The notes beneath the pieces are model-generated. The model did no database searches. It was not told where the DNA came from and was given only the letters and a program-made list of their open reading frames with translations. A program made the translations under genes and the position numbers. 64,000 nucleotides of DNA, from positions 32,001 through 96,000 of IMG/VR virus record IMGVR_UViG_3300025168_000038; one strand, 5' to 3'. Positions 7,171 to 15,854 of this stretch are shown here, in pieces (the stretch's first letter is position 1; each line of letters opens with the position of its first letter). This stretch comes from a virus.

Positions 7171-10100
7171 TTATATGCTAAATCCTATGGCTATTAGCTC
7201 TTGTCTTACAAGATTGTAGTAATATACACTACCATTAGATGGCTGATTTGATACACTACCAACATAAGTTATTCTTTTTGGTGCTGTACTTGAAAAACTT
7301 TGTAAACTTTGTGTATTTACAGTATATGCTAATGCTTCTGGGTTGTAACTAGTATTATAACCTAAAGCATTACGTCCTCCTGTTTCAGCAAAACCACCTG
7401 GACCCATTATTTCTTCCAAGTCATTGTTGGCATTAGTTAGTACCCTAAAGGCTATACCTCTATATATTGAATTGTTACCAGCTACTCCTTCTAGTGCATT
7501 AATAAATCCTCTTGTTGCGGATACATCTGCTACTAATACTGTATTTACTGAACCTCCAGGCATTCCTCTATCATTCCAAGTATCAGCACCAACTTCAGTA
7601 GGACCAGCCTTGTAAGTATTGGTTTGTGGGGGAGGTCCAGTGTTAGTGCCTGATTCATCAGCCCATGCCATTACAACAATGCTTTCTGCATCTGGAAAAT
7701 ATCCTGTTGAACCTATTGTTGCTACTTGGAAACCACCTTGTGCTTGGAAACCTAAATAACCAATCGGTCTTTCTTGAGGATTGTGGTACCAATATAAATG
7801 ACTATCATACATATCTTGTCCATTAGTTGCTGAATTTGTATTACCACTAGCAAATGTACCACCTGTTGCATAGTAATCTTGAAGTAAGTTTCTAAAGTTA
7901 TTAGAACCATTGTAGGCTGTTTCCTTTTGATCTTGAGTTAAAGTAAATGTTAGAACATCATTAGCAGTTGCAAAATGATTTGCACTTAACTCTAAGTCAA
8001 GCGTTGCATTACTAGGGGTGCCTCCACCACCTGAAACTACTGTAGTACCTGCAGTAATTCCATTACCTGAAACTTCCATACCATCTATAATACATAAAAA
8101 AGAATCATCTACTAATCCTAATGGATCATTAACTCTTCCTGCTTGATTTCCACTAGCCAGTCTTAGAGTTTTAGAACCAGTAAAACCCCCATTAGATTTA
8201 CTTGTTACTACAGGTACACTACTCATTTGTGCTGTCTCTTGAATTGTGGTAATCATAGATCCTGAAGTATCACTACAGAATACAAAGTATGAATCTTTTG
8301 TTACTGTTAATCCACCAATAGTAAATGATTGTGAACCTAAATTAGGATCTGGATCTCTAACTTCCATTATAACTTCAAAGTTACCACCAGCAATTGGATA
8401 AGTTCCTGCTAAAGTTCCTGTACAGTTATTAGTTGGATCAGGAGTAAAAGTTAACCAACTAGGACTTGGTTGTCCAGAAGGTAAAGGCCATATTTGTACA
8501 GCCCCAGTACTATTTGCATTTACTGTAATTACATAAGTTAAGAGATTACATGGATGATCTGCATCAGATGTAGTCCAGGTATATGTCCAAGCATCTCCGC
8601 CTGTTAAGTTAGGATATGTGTTTGCATCTACTGGATCTTGGGAAGTCCATATTGGAGGTTCAGCTACTGGTGTAATATTTAAGACAATTGTACCTGGAGC
8701 ACTATCACAGTAACCATCATTATAAGTATATGTAAATGTTGTACTTCCATTAAAGTTTGTAGTAGGTGTAAATACAAATGCACCCGTACTTGAATTAAAA
8801 ACTAATGTTCCTGCTGCAGGATTAGCTAATGCACTTGCTGTATATACCCCTGTATACCCTCCATAACCATCATCTACTGCAGTAACAGTTTGAGATATAG
8901 GATTGTCTTCAAGCGCAGTATAGGTTGCATTACTAACAGTTGGACATGTGTTTAAAGAAAATAATTTACAACAAGACTCCCAGTATAACACATATTTATA
9001 TGCAAAACCTCCTCCAGGGATCTCGTAGTTATGATATTTGAATTTAAGTGACTCACCATATTTAAGTGTTGATGTAGGATAACCGTTATCAAATCCTGCT
9101 GCCCAGCTTATTTTACTATTATATAGATTACCAACAGTACCCCACCCAATAGGAAATCTTAGTACATCATCTGCTAGAAATGTTCCTTGCTTTACATTTT
9201 CTGCTATAACAACTCCTGTCTGACCATCAGTTAATGTAGTCATACCTTTAATTGATCTATACGGTACTGTAGTATCATCTAGTGATATGTATGCATTTAA
9301 AAATGTCTGATTCCAATCTGCTGTAGTACTCATTGTAAGAGTATCAAATCCTACAGGAGGAACAATTGTAGCAACATTTCTAAATTTAACTTCATTAGCA
9401 GAACTCGCATCTCTTACTAATACTTCTGTAAGTGTGTCATCTTGTGTTACAGTATCTAGATATAGTTCTTTTGTTTGTTGTAGACTACCATCATTAGTAA
9501 GTTTTTGATTAGTAAAATTAGGATCAGCCACTGGATAATTTGCAGGAGGTTGAACCATACCACTTTGTATTAATAGTGAACTCTGTAAATTTAATCCATC
9601 AGGAGACCATAAAGGTACTCTTCTAAGTGTGCTAGTTCCTGTAAGACCAATACTATTTGCAAATCTAAATTTAACTTGACCTGTACTTGTATCTAGTACA
9701 AGAACCTTTTCTTGTGTAGCATCTTGAGGTACATCTAGTAATTTCATTGTACCTGTATTTATCCACTTACCAGAATTTGTAATTGTTTGAGTAGCAAAAC
9801 TTGGATCTACAATTGGAAGATTATTATCTTGAACTAATAGAGAATCTATTAACGTATTAGTAGTATTAAATGCAGATAATCTGAATGGAGTTCCACTACC
9901 ATTAATTCCTGGATTGGGAGCCCAGCTAGGGAAACCATTTGGTCCTCCAGATGTTAAAACATCATTATTATTACCTGTCCCAAGTGCTCCAGAAGTGAAA
10001 GATCCAACTGCTGGAACAATAGTACCAGAAGGTGGCTGAGGGTTTTTATATCCTATAATTAATTCACCAAATTGTAAATCTGGTATTGCCTGATCTCCCC

Positions 10101-10842
10101 ATAAAACTCTTCCGTCTGATACACCTGCGTTGTTTGGATCTTCTCTTGCTATAAGTACTTGACCTATATTTGGTAATCCCGTACCACCACCTGATGAAGC
10201 AGCATCAAACACAGGACCACTTAAAATAAGTTTGTTATTAACTCTAGTACTAGTAGGTGGTGAGCTAGCACCAGTAGTAATACTTCCAAAACTAGTATTT
10301 ACAAATCCATTAACTAAAAAGTTGTTGCCGTTAGTAAAAGTAAAACTATCATTTGTTTTTAATTCACCATCTTTATCTGCAAAAACCACTTGACCACGGA
10401 AATTTGGGAAAGGATTGTTTGGTTGTAACTTAGGAATAAAAACTCTATCATAAACAGTGAGTGAAGCAGGTTTAAATGATGTGCCAACATATATCATTGG
10501 ATCTCCAACACCTATTTCCTGACTCATTATAGAATTCTTTATTGTATCCCAATTACATTGTCCTGATGGGACAGTATATACAGGAATTATACCAGGTTCT
10601 CCAGAATATTTTTCAGTGCTTGTAAATCTACCAAGACCCATGGGTCCTGTTTGACTACATAACCAACTACCAGCACTAATTGATAAAGCCTGACCTTGAG
10701 GAGCAAAACCTCCTGCTGAAGTTTTTGCTCTAGACAAAGCACCTTTTCTTACAAACTGAAAATAATCATCAGTTGGATTTAAAGATGTCTTAACAAAATT
10801 TCTTTTTAATAGTCCTAGTACTTCCTGTACAAATATGCTCAT
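7171..10842 (-). CDS. Fibre/adhesin with Ig/cadherin-like (Big_9) domains and a C-terminal vWA-like domain
   Basis: PTVSNATYTALED...FVFTPTTNFNGSTTFTYTYNDG is a Big_9-like pattern; FVFCSDTSGSM is a MIDAS DxSxS (8257-8271); VVMAWADES follows. Confidence 0.75.
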   Translation of the reverse strand: MSIFVQEVLGLLKRNFVKTSLNPTDDYFQFVRKGALSRAKTSAGGFAPQGQALSISAGSWLCSQTGPMGLGRFTSTEKYSGEPGIIPVYTVPSGQCNWDTIKNSIMSQEIGVGDPMIYVGTSFKPASLTVYDRVFIPKLQPNNPFPNFRGQVVFADKDGELKTNDSFTFTNGNNFLVNGFVNTSFGSITTGASSPPTSTRVNNKLILSGPVFDAASSGGGTGLPNIGQVLIAREDPNNAGVSDGRVLWGDQAIPDLQFGELIIGYKNPQPPSGTIVPAVGSFTSGALGTGNNNDVLTSGGPNGFPSWAPNPGINGSGTPFRLSAFNTTNTLIDSLLVQDNNLPIVDPSFATQTITNSGKWINTGTMKLLDVPQDATQEKVLVLDTSTGQVKFRFANSIGLTGTSTLRRVPLWSPDGLNLQSSLLIQSGMVQPPANYPVADPNFTNQKLTNDGSLQQTKELYLDTVTQDDTLTEVLVRDASSANEVKFRNVATIVPPVGFDTLTMSTTADWNQTFLNAYISLDDTTVPYRSIKGMTTLTDGQTGVVIAENVKQGTFLADDVLRFPIGWGTVGNLYNSKISWAAGFDNGYPTSTLKYGESLKFKYHNYEIPGGGFAYKYVLYWESCCKLFSLNTCPTVSNATYTALEDNPISQTVTAVDDGYGGYTGVYTASALANPAAGTLVFNSSTGAFVFTPTTNFNGSTTFTYTYNDGYCDSAPGTIVLNITPVAEPPIWTSQDPVDANTYPNLTGGDAWTYTWTTSDADHPCNLLTYVITVNANSTGAVQIWPLPSGQPSPSWLTFTPDPTNNCTGTLAGTYPIAGGNFEVIMEVRDPDPNLGSQSFTIGGLTVTKDSYFVFCSDTSGSMITTIQETAQMSSVPVVTSKSNGGFTGSKTLRLASGNQAGRVNDPLGLVDDSFLCIIDGMEVSGNGITAGTTVVSGGGGTPSNATLDLELSANHFATANDVLTFTLTQDQKETAYNGSNNFRNLLQDYYATGGTFASGNTNSATNGQDMYDSHLYWYHNPQERPIGYLGFQAQGGFQVATIGSTGYFPDAESIVVMAWADESGTNTGPPPQTNTYKAGPTEVGADTWNDRGMPGGSVNTVLVADVSATRGFINALEGVAGNNSIYRGIAFRVLTNANNDLEEIMGPGGFAETGGRNALGYNTSYNPEALAYTVNTQSLQSFSSTAPKRITYVGSVSNQPSNGSVYYYNLVRQELIAIGFSI

Positions 10843-10857
10843 AATATGTGTTTTTTA

Positions 10858-10865
10858 CAAATATA
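10858..10865 (-). promoter_or_regulatory. TATATTTG -7 box upstream of the 1223-aa adhesin
   Basis: Exact TAnnTTTG on the minus strand in the 30-nt intergenic gap. Confidence 0.4.
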
Positions 10866-10872
10866 TTAAATT

Positions 10873-13800
10873 TTATGCATATACTGTAATGTTAATATTT
10901 GGGTTAATACCACTTGGTGTACCATTAGCACATGTTTTTAATACTACAATAAAGCCTGATGTTGTTTTAGTTCTTATTTCACAATATACACAACCACCAG
11001 CATTTTCTATTTCTGGATTAGCATTAACTAAATATGTAGCATTAGATCTTGTTTGGTTAAAAGTTACTTCATATACATAACCTGTTACAGATACAGTGTT
11101 ATTTCCAGAAAATAAAGATTTTCCTTGATTTTCAATTCCTCCTGTACTCATAGCAAAGTAATCAGTTGGTTGTCTATCTACTGCTACTGCAGCTCCACTT
11201 GATGCAGCAGTAAGTCTTCCTTGTTGGTCTACTGTAATAGTAGAACTAGTATACGTACCTGGAGTTACAGATGTATCAGAAATTTTAATTTCTATAGTGT
11301 CATTACCTGCTGATGTTGTTGCTACACCAGTTCCTCCAGATAAAATTAATGTATTTCCATCTGTAATTGAATTTGTAGTTCCAGTATCTCCTTTAGCACT
11401 AAATGAATACTGAGCAGTATCTGTCCACGGAACATTAACTACTAATTGTTCAGCAGCGTTAATTTGTAATCCATATGTTCTACTAGCTATAGCACTTACT
11501 GCATTTGCAGCAACTGTCTGAGTTATATCTGAACTTAATTCAGCACCACCACGTGCAGTAGCTGTCATTAAAGGTAATGCGTAATCATTCCATGGTACAT
11601 TAACTACCATCTGACCTGCAGCATTTAATTGGATACCATATGTTCTAAGTGCAGTAGTACTTATTGAAGCAGAAGCAACTGTTTGAACTGTATTTGAAAA
11701 CAATTCAACTCCACCAAGTACAGTTGCTGTTGCAACTGGTAAAGTGTAAGCTCCAGCATACTGGGGTATGTTAAGAACACCACTACTTAATGTAGCTGCA
11801 CCTGAAGTTCCTGTCGTAGTTAAACTAACAAATGTTGGTGCTGAACCTGCTACAACACTAGTTACATGTCCTTGTGCATCTGTAACTACTGAACTTGGAT
11901 AAGCAAATGTACCTGCTGTACCAAACGCATCATGATTAACTGTAATTGTGTCTGGAGCTGAAGTAACTGAAGTTAATGCAGTTCCTCCTAATACCTTAAC
12001 GGCATTTCCACTTGCAACAGTTTGTGCAAGTCCTGAATCTCCTTGTATAGTAAAGCCTTCATAGTAACCAGGCATAGTATTAATTGCAACCTTATAAACA
12101 TTAGTATCAGTTAGATCACTAAATGCTATAAAGTCTTCTGGTGCTGCTACTACTGTAGATCTTAAGTTAATATAGTTATCAGCACCTAAATAATCCAAGT
12201 TAAAAGTAATTCCGGATGCTGTATTTAGTGTTGTTATACCTAGTCCTCCTGCAAAATCTACTATGTTACCACTATTTATAGTAACATTTGATCCTGCATC
12301 TGCTTGAGTTACCCAAGTATAACCACCTGCAGGACCATTTGCTGCTGCTGTTAGTCTACCTTGTGCGTCAACTGTTATATTAGCATTTGTATATGAACCA
12401 GCTGTTACTGCTGTGTTATCTAAATCAAGTGTAAGCTTTCTTGTACCTGCTAAAGTTGATGTTAAACCAACGCCTCCTAAAACTTCTAATATTTCACCAT
12501 TAGCTACTGTTTGATTTGCTCCTACATCAGAACCAACAGTCCATGATGTCATTCCAGCACCACCACTGCTTGCTGTAGTTATTCTTCCATATGTATCAAC
12601 AGTTACATTTGCATTTGTATAAGATCCTGCTACTACACCACTTGCTGTGCTGTTTATATTAATTGTATCTCCTCCTGAGTTTACAGTAGTTAGAGTACCT
12701 GTAGTATTTCTAAATTTAATTACTTCATCCTTTAAAACCTCTATATTAGTACCTGTTACTGAATCTGCAAGCCATCTATAGTTAGTTGGAAAACTTGATA
12801 GTAATGATTTTTTAATAGTGCTGTCTGTTGCATCACTAAACCAAAAGAAATCATCTGGATCTGGTGCAGCTGTGTTTGCAAATAATATTGCATTAGTTGC
12901 ACTAGCATATGTTATATTTACTGTAGGCGTTAGCGTTGCTGTTCCTGTTACAGTTATCCCATTTCCACCTGATACTGAAGTCACTGTACCACCAGATGCA
13001 TAATTAGGAATATTTAATACTCCTGAATTTAATGTTGCAGCTCCTGATGTTCCAGTAGTTGTTAAACTTGTGAAAGGAATTGTTAACGTAGCTAAATTAC
13101 CTTGACCTGTTATATATTGAGCTGCGCTTCCTGCCCATGTAAATCCTAAAGCTGGTGCAGTTGTAGGGTTTGCAACAGTTACATCAAAAGCATCTCCTGC
13201 AATTGTTGCACTTACTGTAGTTACACTACCAGATCCTGCCGGTATTGCCCATGTATTATCTCCTCTAAGGAATGTAGTATTACCTGGAGTTCCTGTTGCT
13301 GATAAATCTCCTGTAATTGTACCTGCAGCTGTTATTGTTCCACCAGTTACATTTACAAATGTTCCATTAGATGTTGCTACAGAAGTTACTGTACCTGCAG
13401 GAATAGCCGGAAAAGTAACTAAGTCTCCCTCTCCATTTATATATTGAGAAGCTGTACCTGCCATTGTAAAAGATACATTTCCTGCAGTTGTTACAGCAGA
13501 TCCGTCAATAAATGCATTACCATCAGTTTGTAAACCAACAGAAGTTACTGTCCCAGTTCCTACTGTAGGAAAGGTTACTAAATCACCTGCACCATTCACA
13601 TATTGAGATGATGAACCTGCCCAAGTAAAAGCTAATGTACCAGAAGAAGTAATAGGAGTTCCTGCCACATCTAATGCATTACCAGCTGTTGATGCTGCAA
13701 CACTTGTAACTGTTCCAGTTCCACCAGAAGCAGTAATTGTAACTTGGTTTGATCCGTTATCTGATAGTGTTATATTATTACCAGCTACTAATTTTACTGT

Positions 13801-14088
13801 ATCTACACTTGCATCTGACCCTGTAAGTTTTAAATCTACACTCCCTCCAGGTGCTTGTATACTACTATAATCATAAGTAGTATTTGCAGCTACTACAATA
13901 GCATCTGCAAATTGTTTAGCTGAAATTAAATTTTGATCTACTTTAGGTAAGTAAGCCATTACATTTAATGAACTATCTCCTTTATTAGATAGTACAAAAT
14001 AATCATCCTCGCTTGGTACATAAGGTAGAGGTTTTACAAATTTTTTCTTTGAAAATAGTGTTAAAACATCTTGAAGTAGTGAGCCCAT
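10873..14088 (-). CDS. Long repeat-rich fibre protein (1071 aa)
   Basis: Thr/Gly/Ala-rich with repeats GTVTSV, GSYTNANITVDAQGRLT (x3), TSLTTTGTSGAATL.SGVLNIP (x2) and RTYG.Q.NAA.Q.VVNVPW (x2). Confidence 0.85.
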   Translation of the reverse strand: MGSLLQDVLTLFSKKKFVKPLPYVPSEDDYFVLSNKGDSSLNVMAYLPKVDQNLISAKQFADAIVVAANTTYDYSSIQAPGGSVDLKLTGSDASVDTVKLVAGNNITLSDNGSNQVTITASGGTGTVTSVAASTAGNALDVAGTPITSSGTLAFTWAGSSSQYVNGAGDLVTFPTVGTGTVTSVGLQTDGNAFIDGSAVTTAGNVSFTMAGTASQYINGEGDLVTFPAIPAGTVTSVATSNGTFVNVTGGTITAAGTITGDLSATGTPGNTTFLRGDNTWAIPAGSGSVTTVSATIAGDAFDVTVANPTTAPALGFTWAGSAAQYITGQGNLATLTIPFTSLTTTGTSGAATLNSGVLNIPNYASGGTVTSVSGGNGITVTGTATLTPTVNITYASATNAILFANTAAPDPDDFFWFSDATDSTIKKSLLSSFPTNYRWLADSVTGTNIEVLKDEVIKFRNTTGTLTTVNSGGDTININSTASGVVAGSYTNANVTVDTYGRITTASSGGAGMTSWTVGSDVGANQTVANGEILEVLGGVGLTSTLAGTRKLTLDLDNTAVTAGSYTNANITVDAQGRLTAAANGPAGGYTWVTQADAGSNVTINSGNIVDFAGGLGITTLNTASGITFNLDYLGADNYINLRSTVVAAPEDFIAFSDLTDTNVYKVAINTMPGYYEGFTIQGDSGLAQTVASGNAVKVLGGTALTSVTSAPDTITVNHDAFGTAGTFAYPSSVVTDAQGHVTSVVAGSAPTFVSLTTTGTSGAATLSSGVLNIPQYAGAYTLPVATATVLGGVELFSNTVQTVASASISTTALRTYGIQLNAAGQMVVNVPWNDYALPLMTATARGGAELSSDITQTVAANAVSAIASRTYGLQINAAEQLVVNVPWTDTAQYSFSAKGDTGTTNSITDGNTLILSGGTGVATTSAGNDTIEIKISDTSVTPGTYTSSTITVDQQGRLTAASSGAAVAVDRQPTDYFAMSTGGIENQGKSLFSGNNTVSVTGYVYEVTFNQTRSNATYLVNANPEIENAGGCVYCEIRTKTTSGFIVVLKTCANGTPSGINPNINITVYA

Positions 14089-14098
14089 TGTTTATTGT

Positions 14099-14443
14099 TT
14101 ATAAGTACAGAGCAGATAGCTTTACGCTTGTCTGTGCTGAACATGTTATTGTTATATTACCAGTAGCATCATTAAAAGCATCAACTTCAAAAGGTCCTAA
14201 AAATCCTTCCTCACCAGCCGCTAAGCTAAGTACTGCATTTTCTTTTTTAAGTGTACCCAATAAAGGATCCACTACTGTTGTAACAACTGGAACTACTGTA
14301 GCTGTCATAGTTACACCTCCACCATTTTCAACATGAAAAAATTGTATTGCTGTATTTGCAAGTGTATCACCACTTACACCTGGAGTAACCGTTACAGGTT
14401 TTAATCCAGCTTGAGTTATTTGTTGTGCTGTTAATACTGCCAT
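14099..14443 (-). CDS. Putative head-decoration/small structural protein (114 aa)
   Basis: Beta-rich GDT..N....F.V.NGG pattern reminiscent of capsid-associated phage proteins. Confidence 0.5.
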   Translation of the reverse strand: MAVLTAQQITQAGLKPVTVTPGVSGDTLANTAIQFFHVENGGGVTMTATVVPVVTTVVDPLLGTLKKENAVLSLAAGEEGFLGPFEVDAFNDATGNITITCSAQTSVKLSALYL

Positions 14444-14453
14444 AATATTTTAT

Positions 14454-14699
14454 TTATTTACCGTTTACATATCCACTTCTAAAAGCAGCTGACTGAACTG
14501 GTTCTGCAGCTCTAGTAGACTTTTGTGGTGGATTTAAATTTGTTTTCTTTGCTAGCTTAATTCTAGCTGCAACTTTTTTCTTATTCTCAGCATTCTGTAA
14601 TGATTGTTGAATAGATGTAGGATTATAATATCCATTAGTTGTTTCTCTGTTATACACCTCTCCTTGCATAGGAAAGGATGCTTTATTTGCTTTACCCAT
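14454..14699 (-). CDS. Basic hypothetical protein (81 aa)
   Basis: Tightly packed in the operon; Lys-rich. Confidence 0.65.
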   Translation of the reverse strand: MGKANKASFPMQGEVYNRETTNGYYNPTSIQQSLQNAENKKKVAARIKLAKKTNLNPPQKSTRAAEPVQSAAFRSGYVNGK

Positions 14700-14704
14700 T
14701 TTTT

Positions 14705-14788
14705 TTATTTTTTAAGTAAGTGTGATCCATCACAAATTCCTTCAGAATTCTGCGTGCCACCACATGTACATTGATTTCTATTATTCAT
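14705..14788 (-). CDS. 27-aa CDGSH iron-sulfur-motif micro-protein (not in the ORF track)
   Basis: MNNRNQCTCGGTQNSEGICDGSHLLKK; fills the gap between the flanking genes (1 nt and 5 nt spacing). Confidence 0.8.
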   Translation of the reverse strand: MNNRNQCTCGGTQNSEGICDGSHLLKK

Positions 14789-14789
14789 T

Positions 14790-14987
14790 TTATTTTTTCA
14801 TTTTACCTAATGTTAAAGCAAGCCTAGCACGCTGTGCAGTCTTACCACTTCCTTTTGCTTTCTCTCTCAACCAGCTTTTTTTAATTGTACCATCTGCCTT
14901 CATGGCTCCTGCTCTTTTTGCAGTTGCTTTTAAAGCACCAGGCTTTTTAATTGCCCCTTTGATCCAATTTTTTTTCTTAGCTGCCAT
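14790..14987 (-). CDS. Highly basic putative DNA-binding virion core protein (65 aa)
   Basis: KKNWIKGAIKKPGAL...QRARLALTL; strongly K/R/A-rich. Confidence 0.75.
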   Translation of the reverse strand: MAAKKKNWIKGAIKKPGALKATAKRAGAMKADGTIKKSWLREKAKGSGKTAQRARLALTLGKMKK

Positions 14988-14992
14988 CCTTA

Positions 14993-15436
14993 TTATTTTT
15001 TACGTCCACTTGATCTGTTACCAGAATAAGCTCTTTTACCTGCAGCTTTTTTAGCTCCTTTACTTTCATCTCTTCTAGACTTCATAGATTGTTTCTTCTT
15101 TCCGTTTCTCATTCCTAAAGACTCATTTAATCTAGAATTGTAACCCTGCTTTTTCTTTTTCTTTTTAACAGCTCCACCTTTTTTCATCATTCCTTGTACA
15201 GGATCTAATACTGAACCACCATTATCTTTAAACATTTCTAAACCACCAGCTGCAGCCATTGTATCCATAGCCATAGCTTGTGGAGTAAGATCTCTCATTC
15301 CATCAATTGATGATGTAAAGCCTCCCATTCCGGTTCCTCCCATATCATATCTTTTCATGTTATTTACTTTTTTCTTTTTTTTCTTTGCTGAAGAGCTTCC
15401 ACCTATTTTGTAAGCATTTCTCATATTGTTTGGCAT
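14993..15436 (-). CDS. Lys/Met/Gly-rich basic protein with repeated xxxxGG motifs (147 aa)
   Basis: Poly-Lys tracts; AYKIGG, RYDMGG, MAAAGG, FKDNGG and MMKKGG. Confidence 0.75.
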   Translation of the reverse strand: MPNNMRNAYKIGGSSSAKKKKKKVNNMKRYDMGGTGMGGFTSSIDGMRDLTPQAMAMDTMAAAGGLEMFKDNGGSVLDPVQGMMKKGGAVKKKKKKQGYNSRLNESLGMRNGKKKQSMKSRRDESKGAKKAAGKRAYSGNRSSGRKK

Positions 15437-15448
15437 AATTTCTAAATT

Positions 15449-15850
15449 TTATTTGTTATTGTTTTTTACTTTTTCTAATGAACGTCCTCCAAAGTATGCA
15501 CCTATTACTGTAATTAAAACTAATTGTAATAAATCCACCCAAGAAGCTTTGACATCAAATGAAATAAAACCTGCATCAACAAATACTAATAGTACTGTTG
15601 ATACAACTAAAAATATTAATGTCATTGGTCTTACGTTCTTACTTAACCAACTATCTGAATTCATATCTGAACTCCATCTTGTTGAAATTTCTTTCTCCAT
15701 ATCTACTTCATGCTTGGAGATTAACTCTTTTATCTTTAACTCAGCAGCAAGCTTTTCATCAGCTGAAGTATGTAGCTCGTCTATAACTCCACCAATACCT
15801 TTAACTAATTCTTTAGCTCCTCCTGAAAATATTTTACTTAGTATACTCAT
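15449..15850 (-). CDS. Holin (3TM/GTA-holin-like)
   Basis: RW.SDM.SDSWLSKNVRP, two TM helices and AYFGGRS.EK. Confidence 0.85.
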   Translation of the reverse strand: MSILSKIFSGGAKELVKGIGGVIDELHTSADEKLAAELKIKELISKHEVDMEKEISTRWSSDMNSDSWLSKNVRPMTLIFLVVSTVLLVFVDAGFISFDVKASWVDLLQLVLITVIGAYFGGRSLEKVKNNNK

Positions 15851-15854
15851 AATT

